Source of the DNA: an uncultured Gammaproteobacteria bacterium
GTDB lineage: Bacteria; Pseudomonadota; Gammaproteobacteria; CAZDOC01
Length of the DNA: 64,000 nucleotides
NCBI GenBank assembly: GCA_964506945.1
Contig: CAZDOC010000009.1
Coordinates: 3,048-67,047, forward strand
Reading direction: 5' to 3'
Shown: one piece after another, positions 52,519 through 62,696 of the stretch
How the letters are laid out: every line of letters begins with the position of its first letter
How positions within the stretch are numbered: position 1 is the first letter of the stretch
The notes under the pieces: generated by a model
Seen by the model: the letters and a program-made list of their open reading frames with translations, nothing else
Told to the model about the DNA's origin: nothing
Database searches by the model: none
Position numbers and translations under genes: made by a program

Positions 52519-53645
52519 GCCGGCGCGGTGGCAGGGCCATGCGCCTGCGCGGGCTGGTGCGCAAGGAATTCCTGCAGATCCGGCGTGACCCCAGCAGCAT
52601 TGCCATCGCCTTCATCCTGCCGGTATTCCTGTTGCTGCTGTTCGGCTATGGCGTGTCCCTGGATGCCCGGCATGTGCCGCTGGCCCTGATCGTGGAGAGT
52701 CCCACCGCGCTCACGGCCGATTTCAGCGGCAGCTTTTTCCGCAGTGAATACTTCGAGCCCCGCCACTACACCGATATGCCCAGCGCCCGGCGCGCCATGT
52801 TGCGGGGTGATATCGCCGGGATTCTCTACCTGCGCAGCGACTTTGGCAGCAGTTATCGCAGTCGCCGCGGCGCCCCGGTGCAGCTGATCGTCAACGGCGT
52901 CAACGCGAATACCGCGCGCCTGGTGCAGGGCTATGTCACCGGGGCCTGGGTGCAGTGGTTGCAACGGCACGGCGCGGCGACCGGCCAGGCCTTCCGCATC
53001 CCGGTCCAGCTCGAACAACGGGTCTGGTTCAATGCCGAATTGCGCAGTACCAACTTCCTGGTCCCAGGCCTGATCGCCGTGATCATGACCCTCATCGGGG
53101 CGCTGCTGACCGCGCTGGTGGTGGCGCGTGAATGGGAGCGCGGGACCATGGAGGCGTTGATGGCGACGCCGGTGTCCATCGGTGAGATCCTGATGAGCAA
53201 GATCATTCCCTATTTCATCCTCGGCATGTGCGGTATGGCCCTGTCGGTGGCAATGGCCGTGTGGCAGTTCGACGTGCCTTTGCGTGGTTCGCTGGGCGCC
53301 TTGTTCCTGGGCGCCTCTCTGTTCCTGCTGGTGGCCCTGGGGATGGGGCTGATGATCTCGACCGTGGCCAGGAACCAGTTCGTCGCCGGTCAGGTGGCAA
53401 TCATCGTGACCTTCCTGCCGGCCTTCATCCTGTCCGGATTCATCTTCGAGATCGGCAGCATGCCGGTAGCGGTACAGGTGATCACCCATTTCGTCCCGGC
53501 GCGCTATTTCGTGGCCCTGCTGCAGACCGGTTTCCTGGCCGGGGATATCTGGTCGGTGTACTGGCCGAATATGCTGGCGTTGCTGGTGCTGGCCGCATTC
53601 TTCCTCGGCCGGACCCGGCATATCTCCCACAAGAGACTGGACTGA
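52515..53645 (+). CDS. ABC-2 family permease (YbhS/YbhR-like)
   Basis: ABC-2 membrane domain with 6 TM segments. ATGA overlap. Confidence 0.8.
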   Translation: MSRRGGRAMRLRGLVRKEFLQIRRDPSSIAIAFILPVFLLLLFGYGVSLDARHVPLALIVESPTALTADFSGSFFRSEYFEPRHYTDMPSARRAMLRGDIAGILYLRSDFGSSYRSRRGAPVQLIVNGVNANTARLVQGYVTGAWVQWLQRHGAATGQAFRIPVQLEQRVWFNAELRSTNFLVPGLIAVIMTLIGALLTALVVAREWERGTMEALMATPVSIGEILMSKIIPYFILGMCGMALSVAMAVWQFDVPLRGSLGALFLGASLFLLVALGMGLMISTVARNQFVAGQVAIIVTFLPAFILSGFIFEIGSMPVAVQVITHFVPARYFVALLQTGFLAGDIWSVYWPNMLALLVLAAFFLGRTRHISHKRLD

Positions 53646-54754
53646 TGTTGCAGCGGATCCTGGCCCTGATCGTGAAGGAATTCCTGGCCCTGCTCCGGGA
53701 TCCCAAGAGCCGTTTCGTGATCATCGTGCCGCCGGTGGTGCAGTTGCTGGTGTTCGGCTATGCGGCCACCTACGATCTCGAGCATATTCCCTATGCGGTC
53801 TATAACGAGGACCGCGGCGGGATATCGCGCGACCTGCTGGCCGGGTTTGGCGGCTCGCCCCATTTCGAAAAGGTATTGAGCCTGCGGCGCGATGCCGGGA
53901 TCGGTCTGGCCATCGATGACAAGCAGGCCTTGCTGGTATTGCATGTCGGACCCCGCTTCAGCGAGGCCATGCTGCGCGGTGAGCCCGCGCCGCTGCAGGT
54001 GATCGTCGATGGCCGTAACTCCAACACGGCCCTGCTGGCGCTGAATTACGTCCGGGACATCGTCAAGGATTTCAACCAGTACTGGCTGCAGCGCCGGGGG
54101 CAGGACGCCGCGCCGGTGCACCTGGTCAGCCGGGGCTGGTTCAATCCCAACCTGCTCAGCCGCTGGTTCATCGTCCCCGGGATCGTGGCCCTGCTGACCC
54201 TGGTGGTGACCCTGCTGGTGACCGCGCTGTCGGTGGCACGCGAACGCGAGCAGGGGACCTTCGATCAATTGCTGGTAACGCCCATGGGACCGTTGGAGAT
54301 CCTGATCGGCAAGGCGGTGCCAGGTTTCATCATCGGGCTGCTGGAGGCCAGCCTGATCATCCTCATGGCGGTGTACTGGTTCGATGTCCCCTTGCGGGGG
54401 CAGTTGCTGCCTTTGTATACGGGGCTGGCGCTCTATCTGCTGGCGGCGATAGGGGTCGGGCTGATGATCTCATCCCTGTCCGTGACCCAGCAGCAGGGCC
54501 TGCTGGGGGCCTTCCTGTTCCTGGTGCCGGCGGTGATCCTCTCGGGCTTCGCCACACCCATCGCCAATATGCCGGAGGCGGTGCAATATCTGACCCTGGT
54601 GGACCCGATGCGCTACTTCCTGATCGTGGTCAGGAGCGTGTTCCTGGAGGCGACGGGCCTGGAGATCCTCTGGCCCCAGTACTGGCCGATGGCCATCATC
54701 GCCCTGGTCACGTTGTCACTGGCCGGCTGGCTGTTCCGGCACCGCATGTATTGA
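53645..54754 (+). CDS. ABC-2 family permease (YbhR/YbhS-like)
   Basis: Paralogous to the preceding permease. Its start overlaps the upstream stop. Confidence 0.8.
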   Translation: MLQRILALIVKEFLALLRDPKSRFVIIVPPVVQLLVFGYAATYDLEHIPYAVYNEDRGGISRDLLAGFGGSPHFEKVLSLRRDAGIGLAIDDKQALLVLHVGPRFSEAMLRGEPAPLQVIVDGRNSNTALLALNYVRDIVKDFNQYWLQRRGQDAAPVHLVSRGWFNPNLLSRWFIVPGIVALLTLVVTLLVTALSVAREREQGTFDQLLVTPMGPLEILIGKAVPGFIIGLLEASLIILMAVYWFDVPLRGQLLPLYTGLALYLLAAIGVGLMISSLSVTQQQGLLGAFLFLVPAVILSGFATPIANMPEAVQYLTLVDPMRYFLIVVRSVFLEATGLEILWPQYWPMAIIALVTLSLAGWLFRHRMY

Positions 54755-54831
54755 ATCGGTCGCCGCCGATGACGGCTGACGCTGCGCCGGGTTTTCAGGC
54801 CCCCGTTTTCCGGGCCGCCGTGGGCTCCTGC

Positions 54832-55731
54832 TCACAGGCTTCGCGGTGGGGCCTGCGGGCAGTTCCGGCCAGTTCCGGACTCGATCTGCAGGGTGGGGTG
54901 TACGATACCGAAACGCTCATGCAGGACCGCGGCAATCTCTCGCAGCAGGGCATCGTGATCCCCGGGGTCGGGGACCACCAGATGCGCGGTCAGGGCCACT
55001 TCCGTGGTGCTCATCGCCCAGATGTGCAGATCATGCAGGGCCTGGACCCCGGGGAGCCCCCGCAGGTAGTCCGCGACCGCCTGGGGGTCGATATCCGGCG
55101 GCACCGAGTCCAGGGACAGGCTGATCGAATCGCGCAGCAGGCCCCAGGTGCCTGCCAGGACCACCATGGCGATGATCAGACTGATCAGGGGATCCAGCCA
55201 GTCCCATCCCGTCAGCAGGATGCCGACGCCCACCATCACGACCCCTAAGGAGACCCCCGCGTCGGCGGCCATGTGCAGGAAGGCGCCGCGGATATTGAGA
55301 TCGTCCTTCTGGCCCCGCAGGAACAGCAGCGCGGTGAAGGTGTTGATGACGGTGCCGATGGCGGCGACGACGATGATGGTCGTTCCGGCAACCGGGCTGG
55401 GCTCGCCGAGGCGGGCCAGCGCCGCCCAGGTGATCGAGCCGATCGCCAGCAGCAACAGGCAGGCACTGATCATCGAGGCCAGTATGGTGACCCGCCTGAG
55501 CCCATAGGTGCGCCTCTGGGTCGGCGTCCTGGCCGCGAGGGCGGCGGCGCCCCCGGCCAGGATCAGGCTGACGACATCGCTGAAGTTGTGTCCGGCATCG
55601 GCGATCAGCGCCAGCGAATCCGCGATTACGCCGTAGAACAGCTCGATGATAACGAAACCGAGGTTCAGCCCGATACCGAGTATGAAGGCCTTCCGGTGAC
55701 CGCGGCTTTGCCGTCCGTGCTCATGGGACAT
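54832..55731 (-). CDS. cation diffusion facilitator family metal efflux transporter
   Basis: Six TM segments, an HxxxD-type motif (ADAGHNFSD), and a C-terminal cytoplasmic domain. Confidence 0.8.
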   Translation of the reverse strand: MSHEHGRQSRGHRKAFILGIGLNLGFVIIELFYGVIADSLALIADAGHNFSDVVSLILAGGAAALAARTPTQRRTYGLRRVTILASMISACLLLLAIGSITWAALARLGEPSPVAGTTIIVVAAIGTVINTFTALLFLRGQKDDLNIRGAFLHMAADAGVSLGVVMVGVGILLTGWDWLDPLISLIIAMVVLAGTWGLLRDSISLSLDSVPPDIDPQAVADYLRGLPGVQALHDLHIWAMSTTEVALTAHLVVPDPGDHDALLREIAAVLHERFGIVHPTLQIESGTGRNCPQAPPRSL

Positions 55732-55802
55732 GGCAATCCAGCCCCGGCCGAAACCGATGGATGTGGCGTGGCAGTGGCAGCGGTGATTTCCGCGATGCCG
55801 GT

Positions 55803-58157
55803 CTACGCATCCGGATCCTCCTGGGTCCTGCCGCCGGCCCGTCTCGCGGCGGGGTCGCTCGTCGCCGTTCCTGGCGCCCAGTCGCGCACATGCAGGTCAC
55901 GCTGCGGGAACGGGATCTCGATGCCTGCCGCTCGGAAGGCCTTGTCGATGGCGAAATTGATATCACTGGTCACGCGCAGGCGATCATCGATATTGTGGAT
56001 GAACAGGCGCAATTCAAAATCCAGCGAACTGTCGCCAAAGCCGCGGAACAGCGCATAGGGTTTGGGCATGCTGCCGTTGGTAATGGCCCTGGGGTGGTCA
56101 TTGGCGATACCGACCAGGATATCCCGTACCTTCTCCGTATCGCTGCCATAGGCGACCCCGACGAATACCGAGATACGGCCGCGGGCGTCGTTGAGCATCT
56201 TGTTGGTTACCTGGGAGGCGATCAGTTCCGAGTTGGGGACGATCACGTCGGCGCGATCGAAGGTCTGGATGCGGGTCGAGCGGATACGGATGCGGCGGAC
56301 ATAGCCCTCGGTATTGCCGACCACGATCCAGTCGCCGGTCTTGATAGGCCGCTCGAACAGCAGGATCAGGCCGGAGACGAAGTTGTTGACGATATTCTGC
56401 AGACCGAAGCCGACACCGACCGACAGCGCGCCGGCGACGATGGCCAGGTTGCTGAAGTCCAGGCCGGCGACCCCCAGGCCGATGAGGATGGCCAGGAAGG
56501 TGATCACATAGCCGGTGATGGTGACCAGGGCCTCGCGGGTGCCACGTTCGATGCGGGTGTGTTGCAGCCAGTGGCGGTCGAACTGGGAGCGCAGCCAGCC
56601 GCCGCTGCTGATCAGCAAGGCAACGATGATGATGGCCCAGGCGATCTGCAGGGGAATGATATGCAGGCTGCCGATCTCGAAGCCCTGGATCAGATAGGTG
56701 CGCAGTTGCACCAGCACCGTGTCCGAGATCCCCCAGATCCACAGGACCATGGCGGCGAAGCCCAGCCATACGGCGATGATGCCGAGCAGGCGCAGCCAGA
56801 CGATGCCGGGAACCGGACTGTCGGGGGCGACGGCGAGCACATGCCTGAGCCGCTGGCTCCAGTGATAGCGGCCCTCATCGATGGCATCGAACAGTCCCAG
56901 CAACAGTTGCGAAACCAGCAGCGCCAGCCCCAGGGACAGCAGGGTGCCGAGCAGGACCCGCCAGATGGACAGGGACAGGTTGCGATAACCCAGCCATTCC
57001 GCGCCCAGGGACACCAGCAGGCTCAGCATCGCCAGGCTGAACAGCCAGCGGTAACGACCGAAACGGGGTGCATGGATCAGCACCCATGCGGCCCAGGCGA
57101 GATTCAGCAACCAGAAAAAGGCGAACAGGCTCCGCGCCAGCAGGAAGGCGGTTTCCGGCAGGCTGACCGAGAGCAGGGTAAAGAACAGCAGATAGCCCAG
57201 CAGCACCAGCAGGGCCAGCACCATCAAGCGACGCGACAGGCTGCGGGACAGTGGCGCCTGCAGGTTCAGCAGGGGTGGCGCCGGGGTGGGGGGATTGAAC
57301 AGCAGCCGGATGACCGCCGTGGTCAGGAAATAACCGCACAGGCCATAGGCGAGCAGGGCGATGAACGGCGTGGACGGCAGGCTCAGGCTGAAGAACAACA
57401 GGCAGGCGGCGATGAATATGGAGATCAGGAGGCGTGGCGCATAGAGCGCCACGGTGCGCACCAGGGCGTGCAGGAAGCGACTGGAATAGTCGTCGTACCA
57501 GTTACAGCTGTCGGCCCATGTGCGCAGGCGTCGCCGTAACCACAGGCCTGTCGCCAGGGCCATGGCGGTCAAGGCCAGCAACAGCGACCACTGCATCAGG
57601 CTGAGCAGGTGCAGGCCGCTCTGCTGGCTGAGGAAGGTTTCGGTCGCGGTCCACCAGATGCCGGGATGCTTGAGATTGTCCAGCACCAGGGATAGCAGGT
57701 TGGGACCCCGGGCCAGCAGTTCCCGTGCCAGCAGGGCCTGGCGGCGCTGGTCTATCCGTGTGCCGAGTTCCTCGATGCGCAGGCCGAGCAGGCGGCAGCT
57801 GGCCAGGTGTTTGTCCAGGCGTTCCACGCCCCTCTTGAGTTGCCGGCGTTTGTCGCGCACCTCGGCGGATTCATCCTTGACCGGTGCTCCCAGGCTGATG
57901 AACTGGTCCTGCAGGAGCTGTTTCTGCTTCGCATCGTTGGTGATGCAGGTGGCCACGGGCGATTTCAGTGTGTTGACGAGGACACGCAACGGGTCCAGGG
58001 CGTCCTTGCCCAGGTCCTGTTGTCGTAATTGCCTGGCGACCCGGTCCAGGGTCTTGCCTGCCTGGGCGATGGCGTCAGCTTCCGCGGCCAGCCCGGGGAC
58101 GGGGATGAGCAGGCCCAGGAGCAGGAAACAGCTGAGGAGGCGGGCGGTGATCTTCAT
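55803..58157 (-). CDS. MscK/KefA-like mechanosensitive ion channel with large N-terminal periplasmic domain
   Basis: Signal peptide, a helical periplasmic domain of about 480 aa, multiple TM segments, and an MscS pore/beta domain (ILLFERPIKTGDWI). Confidence 0.8.
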   Translation of the reverse strand: MKITARLLSCFLLLGLLIPVPGLAAEADAIAQAGKTLDRVARQLRQQDLGKDALDPLRVLVNTLKSPVATCITNDAKQKQLLQDQFISLGAPVKDESAEVRDKRRQLKRGVERLDKHLASCRLLGLRIEELGTRIDQRRQALLARELLARGPNLLSLVLDNLKHPGIWWTATETFLSQQSGLHLLSLMQWSLLLALTAMALATGLWLRRRLRTWADSCNWYDDYSSRFLHALVRTVALYAPRLLISIFIAACLLFFSLSLPSTPFIALLAYGLCGYFLTTAVIRLLFNPPTPAPPLLNLQAPLSRSLSRRLMVLALLVLLGYLLFFTLLSVSLPETAFLLARSLFAFFWLLNLAWAAWVLIHAPRFGRYRWLFSLAMLSLLVSLGAEWLGYRNLSLSIWRVLLGTLLSLGLALLVSQLLLGLFDAIDEGRYHWSQRLRHVLAVAPDSPVPGIVWLRLLGIIAVWLGFAAMVLWIWGISDTVLVQLRTYLIQGFEIGSLHIIPLQIAWAIIIVALLISSGGWLRSQFDRHWLQHTRIERGTREALVTITGYVITFLAILIGLGVAGLDFSNLAIVAGALSVGVGFGLQNIVNNFVSGLILLFERPIKTGDWIVVGNTEGYVRRIRIRSTRIQTFDRADVIVPNSELIASQVTNKMLNDARGRISVFVGVAYGSDTEKVRDILVGIANDHPRAITNGSMPKPYALFRGFGDSSLDFELRLFIHNIDDRLRVTSDINFAIDKAFRAAGIEIPFPQRDLHVRDWAPGTATSDPAARRAGGRTQEDPDA

Positions 58158-58230
58158 GGGAGGATTATCGGTGCAAGTCGCCGCTGATTACCAGTACGGA
58201 AGGATATTTCCATGGATCCGGTGTCGCGGA

Positions 58231-58247
58231 TGGAACTTTTCATGCTG
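58231..58247 (+). promoter_or_regulatory. weak candidate sigma-54 promoter TGGAACttttcaTGCT upstream of phbB
   Basis: Correct GG-N10-GC spacing, but 3 mismatches to TGGCACG-N4-TTGCW. Lies 110 bp upstream of the phbB ATG. Confidence 0.25.
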
Positions 58248-58356
58248 CAACGCAACCTAATCAGGCCGTAGGGGGCATGGTCATGAAGATTTTGGCGATA
58301 CCTCCCTGTATCGGAGCAAGGTCCGAATCGATCAGACCTTTCCAAGGGGGATTCAG

Positions 58357-59097
58357 ATGAACAGAATTGCAATCGTCACCGGGGGTATCGGTGGACTGGG
58401 TACGGCCCACTGCAGGGCCTTGAGCGAGCAGGGGCGGCGCGTGGTCACCAGCTATCGTCCCGTCAATCACGACAAGGCCCTGGCCTGGCAGCAGGCGCGT
58501 CGGGAGGAGGGTTACGAGATAGCCATCTACGAGGCGGATGTCGGAGACTTCGATTCCTGCAAGGCCATGGTCGAGCAGGTGGAGAAGGATCTGGGGCCGG
58601 TGGATATCCTGGTCAACAATGCCGGCGTCACCCGCGACAGCACGCTGAAGAAGATGCGTCGCGAGGACTGGGACGCGGTGATCAACATCGATCTTTCAGG
58701 GGCCTTCAACATGACCCGCCAGGTATTCGGCGGCATGCTGGAGCGTGGCTGGGGCAGGATAGTCAACATCTCCTCCATCAATGGCCAGAAGGGCCAGTTC
58801 GGGCAGGCCAATTACTCGGCCGCCAAGGCCGGGCTGCATGGTCTTACCATGTCGCTGGCGAGGGAGGGCGCGCGCAAGGGCGTGCTGGTCAATACCATCT
58901 CTCCCGGTTATATCGCCACCCGCATGGTGATGGCCGTGCCCGAGGCGATCCGCAAACAGATCGAGGCCGAGATCCCGGTAGGGCATATGGGCGTTCCGGA
59001 AGATATCTCCCGGGTCGTGGCCTTCCTCACGGATGATGCCGCCACCTATATCACCGGCGCGGATTTTTCCATCAACGGCGGACATCACATGGGCTGA
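58357..59097 (+). CDS. phbB: acetoacetyl-CoA reductase (PHB synthesis, SDR family)
   Basis: 246 aa, with N-terminus IAIVTGGIGGLGTA and a YSAAK catalytic motif. Confidence 0.8.
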   Translation: MNRIAIVTGGIGGLGTAHCRALSEQGRRVVTSYRPVNHDKALAWQQARREEGYEIAIYEADVGDFDSCKAMVEQVEKDLGPVDILVNNAGVTRDSTLKKMRREDWDAVINIDLSGAFNMTRQVFGGMLERGWGRIVNISSINGQKGQFGQANYSAAKAGLHGLTMSLAREGARKGVLVNTISPGYIATRMVMAVPEAIRKQIEAEIPVGHMGVPEDISRVVAFLTDDAATYITGADFSINGGHHMG

Positions 59098-59197
59098 GAC
59101 CCTGGGCGCGGCGATACCGCGCCGCGCCAGGCACAGAAGCCCCCGCTGTTGTCGCCAGGGGCCCCCGGCAAGCCCGATACGCCGCCTGTGGATCCCT

Positions 59198-59638
59198 TCA
59201 TCCCGGGAGTCGCGATCGTGCCCAGCTGACGATATCGGTGTGGCCCATGGCGCCTGCCTGGCGCGCCTGCTCCCTGCCGTCCTGGAACAGGATCAGCGTC
59301 GGGATGCTGCGGATGCCGTAACGGCCGGCGATCTCCGGCGCGGTCTCGGTGTTGAGCTTGGCCAGACGGATATCGGGCTCCAGTTCCGCCGCAGCCTGGG
59401 CATAGGCTGGCGCCATCATTTTGCAGGGACCGCACCATTCGGCCCAGAAGTCCACCAGCACCGGGATATCGTTGCGCTGGATATGACGGTCGAAATCCCC
59501 GCCATCCAGGGCCACCGGCCGGGCGGTGAACAGGGCCTGGCGGCACTTGCCGCAGAGCGGGTTGTGGTCAAGACGGGCGGCGGGTATGCGGTTGATGGCC
59601 TGACAATGAGGGCAGACGATATGCAGGGATTCCTTCAT
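59198..59638 (-). CDS. trxC: thioredoxin 2 (TrxC) with N-terminal zinc finger
   Basis: CPHC...CGKC zinc motif followed by the WCGPC thioredoxin active site. Confidence 0.85.
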   Translation of the reverse strand: MKESLHIVCPHCQAINRIPAARLDHNPLCGKCRQALFTARPVALDGGDFDRHIQRNDIPVLVDFWAEWCGPCKMMAPAYAQAAAELEPDIRLAKLNTETAPEIAGRYGIRSIPTLILFQDGREQARQAGAMGHTDIVSWARSRLPG

Positions 59639-59733
59639 GGGGGTCTCCGGGCTGGAACATCCCCTCAATATGGGTGCGTCGTGGGTGAATTCAATTGCCG
59701 ATGGAGGTCCGGTACCCGGCGGTGGTCGCGCGC

Positions 59734-60495
59734 CTATCGATCCCTTGGATATTGGCGGTAGAACAGGCCCAGTTGTGCATATACCGCCGGGAAATATTGA
59801 CGCAGGTTGCGGGGCTGGGTGAAGAAGACCTCGCTGGCGACGGCGAAGAATTCCCCCGGACTCTCCGTGGCGTAGGGGTCGATGGCCGTGGGCAGGCCCT
59901 GGCGGTAGTCCGCGGCCAGGGCCTCGTAGGCCTCGCTGAAGGCCGTGGTCCAGGCCTGCCGATCCATGCCCCGGTGCAGTGGCGGCATGCCGTTGGCGAC
60001 ACCGTTGAGCATATCCAGCTTGTGCGCGAATTCATGCACGATCACGTTCGATTCGGGCATGACCGTATCGATATCGGCCCAGGACAGGATCACCGGGCCA
60101 CGGCCCCAGGCCTCGCCACTGAGGTGGCGAGGCCGTTCCCTGACCACCCCGGCGGGATCCTCTTCCCGATGCGTGACCACGAAGCTGTGCGGGTAAACGA
60201 TGACCTCGTGCCAGCCGGAATAATAATCGAGACCCAGATTGAGGATGGGAATGCAGGCCTGCGCGGCGATGCGGATGCGCATGGCCTCCGTGACCTGCAA
60301 CTGGCCGGCGGCATTGATGGTCTTGTGGTACAGGAACAGGCTGGCCAGTGTGCGCAGGCGTTGCCGCGCCGAGGCCTCCAGGCCCGACAGCAGGTCCAGA
60401 TCCCGGGTCTGCGCGCACCAGTCCTCCTCCGGTATCTTGTGCCGTCGCAGCAGATAGCCATCACGCAGGCGCTGTAATTGTCTGAACAGGGGCAT
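59734..60495 (-). CDS. mtfA: zinc-dependent peptidase MtfA (Mlc titration factor A, M90 family)
   Basis: HEFAH zinc motif and an MtfA-like length of 253 aa. Confidence 0.7.
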   Translation of the reverse strand: MPLFRQLQRLRDGYLLRRHKIPEEDWCAQTRDLDLLSGLEASARQRLRTLASLFLYHKTINAAGQLQVTEAMRIRIAAQACIPILNLGLDYYSGWHEVIVYPHSFVVTHREEDPAGVVRERPRHLSGEAWGRGPVILSWADIDTVMPESNVIVHEFAHKLDMLNGVANGMPPLHRGMDRQAWTTAFSEAYEALAADYRQGLPTAIDPYATESPGEFFAVASEVFFTQPRNLRQYFPAVYAQLGLFYRQYPRDR

Positions 60496-60564
60496 GCCCT
60501 CGATTGTGTGGCGGCAGGCCGCGCGGCGGGGAAGTCCGTGATATCGGGTCGGCGCGGGGCCGAT

Positions 60565-61662
60565 TCAAGCCCGGGCCCGGGCGTTCTTCTCCAGTCCCCC
60601 CGGGAACCAGTGGCGGGTGCGGTTACAGAAGTACACCACCGAGAGCATCACCGGTACCTCGACCAGGACCCCGACCACGGTCGCCAGCGCGGCGCCGGAC
60701 TCCGGGCCGTAGAGGGTGATGGCAGTGGCCACCGCCAGCTCGAAGAAGTTGCTGGCGCCGATCAGGGCGCCCGGTGCGGCGACGTCGTGCGGCACCCGGA
60801 AGACCTTCATCAGGCCATAGGCCAGGGAGGAATTGAAATAGACCTGGATCAGGATCGGGATCGCGATCAGCAGGATATTCAGCGGCTCGCCGGTGATGTT
60901 GTCGGCCTGGAAGGCGAAGATGAAGATCAGGGTCACGAGCAGGGCGATGATCGTGAGCGGGTGGAAGAATCTCAGATAACGGCCCTCGAACCAGGCGATG
61001 CCGAAGCTGTGGATCAGCACCACGCGGCTGAGGCTGCCCAGCGCCAGCGGGATGACGATGAAGGTGATCACGCTGTAGAGCAGGACATCGAAGGGCACGG
61101 TCAGATTGCTGGCGCCGCTGACCAGCAGGCCGACGATGGGGGCGAACAGCAGCAGCATGATCAGGTCGTTCAGCGAGACCTGCACCAGGGTGTAGGCCGG
61201 GTCGCCGTCGGTGAGGTAGGACCAGACGAAGACCATCGCGGTGCATGGCGCCGCGGCGAGGATGATGCAGCCGGCGATGTACTGATCGGCGAGGTCCGCG
61301 CCGATGAGGGGCAGGAACAGGTGCTTGAAGAAGACCCAGGCGATCAAGGCCATGGAGAAGGGCTTGACCAGCCAGTTCACGAACAGGGTGATCAGGATCC
61401 CCCTGGGCCGGCGGCGGACGTCGATGAGGCTGGAGAAGTCGATCTTCAGCATCATCGGGTAGATCATCAGCCAGATCAGGATCGCGATGGGGATGTTGAT
61501 CTGGCTGTGCTGGCCGAATTCCATCGCCCGCAGGCTGGCGGTCGTCCCGGGCAGGAGCTTGCCCAGTATCACCCCGGCGAGCATGCACAGGCCGACCCAC
61601 AGGGTCAGGTAGCGTTCAAAAAAGCCGAGCCGTCTGTTGTCGCTGGAGGGTTTGTCGCCCAT
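60565..61662 (-). CDS. acr3: arsenite efflux permease ACR3
   Basis: Ten-TM ACR3-family protein with the conserved R-x-C-T-A-M-V region (AAPCTAMVF). Confidence 0.85.
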   Translation of the reverse strand: MGDKPSSDNRRLGFFERYLTLWVGLCMLAGVILGKLLPGTTASLRAMEFGQHSQINIPIAILIWLMIYPMMLKIDFSSLIDVRRRPRGILITLFVNWLVKPFSMALIAWVFFKHLFLPLIGADLADQYIAGCIILAAAPCTAMVFVWSYLTDGDPAYTLVQVSLNDLIMLLLFAPIVGLLVSGASNLTVPFDVLLYSVITFIVIPLALGSLSRVVLIHSFGIAWFEGRYLRFFHPLTIIALLVTLIFIFAFQADNITGEPLNILLIAIPILIQVYFNSSLAYGLMKVFRVPHDVAAPGALIGASNFFELAVATAITLYGPESGAALATVVGVLVEVPVMLSVVYFCNRTRHWFPGGLEKNARARA

Positions 61663-61697
61663 GTCGATGGTCCTTGCCTGTTAGGTCATTGCCATGG

Positions 61698-62144
61698 TCA
61701 GAAAGTCCGCGCCTTTGTTTCGGCCTGCAGGACCTCGAGCAGGTCTTCGACCCGCTGACGGACCTGGTCCCGGCAGGCGCGGAACCGTGCCATGATCTCC
61801 GCTTCAGCGCCCCGGGCCCGGGCCGGGTCCGGCAGCGGCCAGTGTTCCTTGCGGGTGCCGGGGGGCAGTACCGGACAGTGCTCGTCGGCATGGCCGCACA
61901 CGGTGATGACAAGGTCGGCCCAGTCCAGCATCCCGTCGGTGAGCCGGGTGGATCCCTGGGAGGAGATATCCACGCCGACCTCGCGCATCACCGCGATCGC
62001 CCGCGGGTTCTGGCCATGGGCCTCGATCCCGGCGGAACGGGCTTCCACGCGCTCGCCACCGAGTTCCCGAGCCCAGCCCTCGGCCATCTGCGACCGGCAG
62101 GCGTTGCCGGTACACAGGAACAACAGCCGCAGGCTCACCCGCAA
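61698..62144 (-). CDS. arsC: arsenate reductase, LMW-PTP (thioredoxin-coupled) type
   Basis: CTGNACRS CX5R P-loop. Length 148 aa. Confidence 0.8.
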   Translation of the reverse strand: MRVSLRLLFLCTGNACRSQMAEGWARELGGERVEARSAGIEAHGQNPRAIAVMREVGVDISSQGSTRLTDGMLDWADLVITVCGHADEHCPVLPPGTRKEHWPLPDPARARGAEAEIMARFRACRDQVRQRVEDLLEVLQAETKARTF

Positions 62145-62650
62145 CAGCCCGTGCCCGGCTGCGCATCATCCCCGCCACAGCAAGCGCCGCTTGACCCCGT
62201 AGCCGGATTGCAACAGGAATCCACGCTGTCCAGGGCCGGTGCGCAACAGGCGCTGTCATCGTCGCCATCACCCTGGTCATTGAAGGTCGGGGCGCTGCCG
62301 AGCGTGTGGAAGGCCTCCCAGGCGATACCCTGGGGATCGACACTCCAGTACTTGTCCGAACGGGCGTAGCAGCAGGTCGTGCCCTTCTGCGCCTCCAGCG
62401 AGGCGCCGGCGGCGCTCAGTCGCTGCTGCATCGCCTCCAGGCCGGCATCGCTGTCGGTCTGGATACCGAGGTGGTCCAGGCCGGCCTTGCCGCCGCGCGC
62501 CGAGATGGCGAAATTGACCCGGGGGTCGTCCAGTTGCCACTTGGCGTAGTCCGGTTTCAATACCGTCGGTTCGGCGTCGAACATGGCGCTGTAGAAGGCG
62601 GTGTTCGCTTGCAGGTCATTGACCGATATGTGGATGTGCAGGCGGTTCAT
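62135..62650 (-). CDS. ArsI/CadI-family VOC (glyoxalase-fold) metalloenzyme with cysteine-rich C-terminal tail
   Basis: VOC fold with a vicinal Cys pair (TTCCYARSD). The C-terminal 45 aa carry four further CC pairs. Confidence 0.65.
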   Translation of the reverse strand: MNRLHIHISVNDLQANTAFYSAMFDAEPTVLKPDYAKWQLDDPRVNFAISARGGKAGLDHLGIQTDSDAGLEAMQQRLSAAGASLEAQKGTTCCYARSDKYWSVDPQGIAWEAFHTLGSAPTFNDQGDGDDDSACCAPALDSVDSCCNPATGSSGACCGGDDAQPGTGCCG

Positions 62651-62696
62651 GGTGTGTTTCCTCTATGGTGTCGGCAACGGAGTCAGGTCGTCGTAC

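Noticed and set aside
55761-61758. + strand ORFs antisense to the mscK-like and acr3 genes
   Set aside because: Shadow ORFs. Their partner strands carry clear channel and ACR3 signatures.
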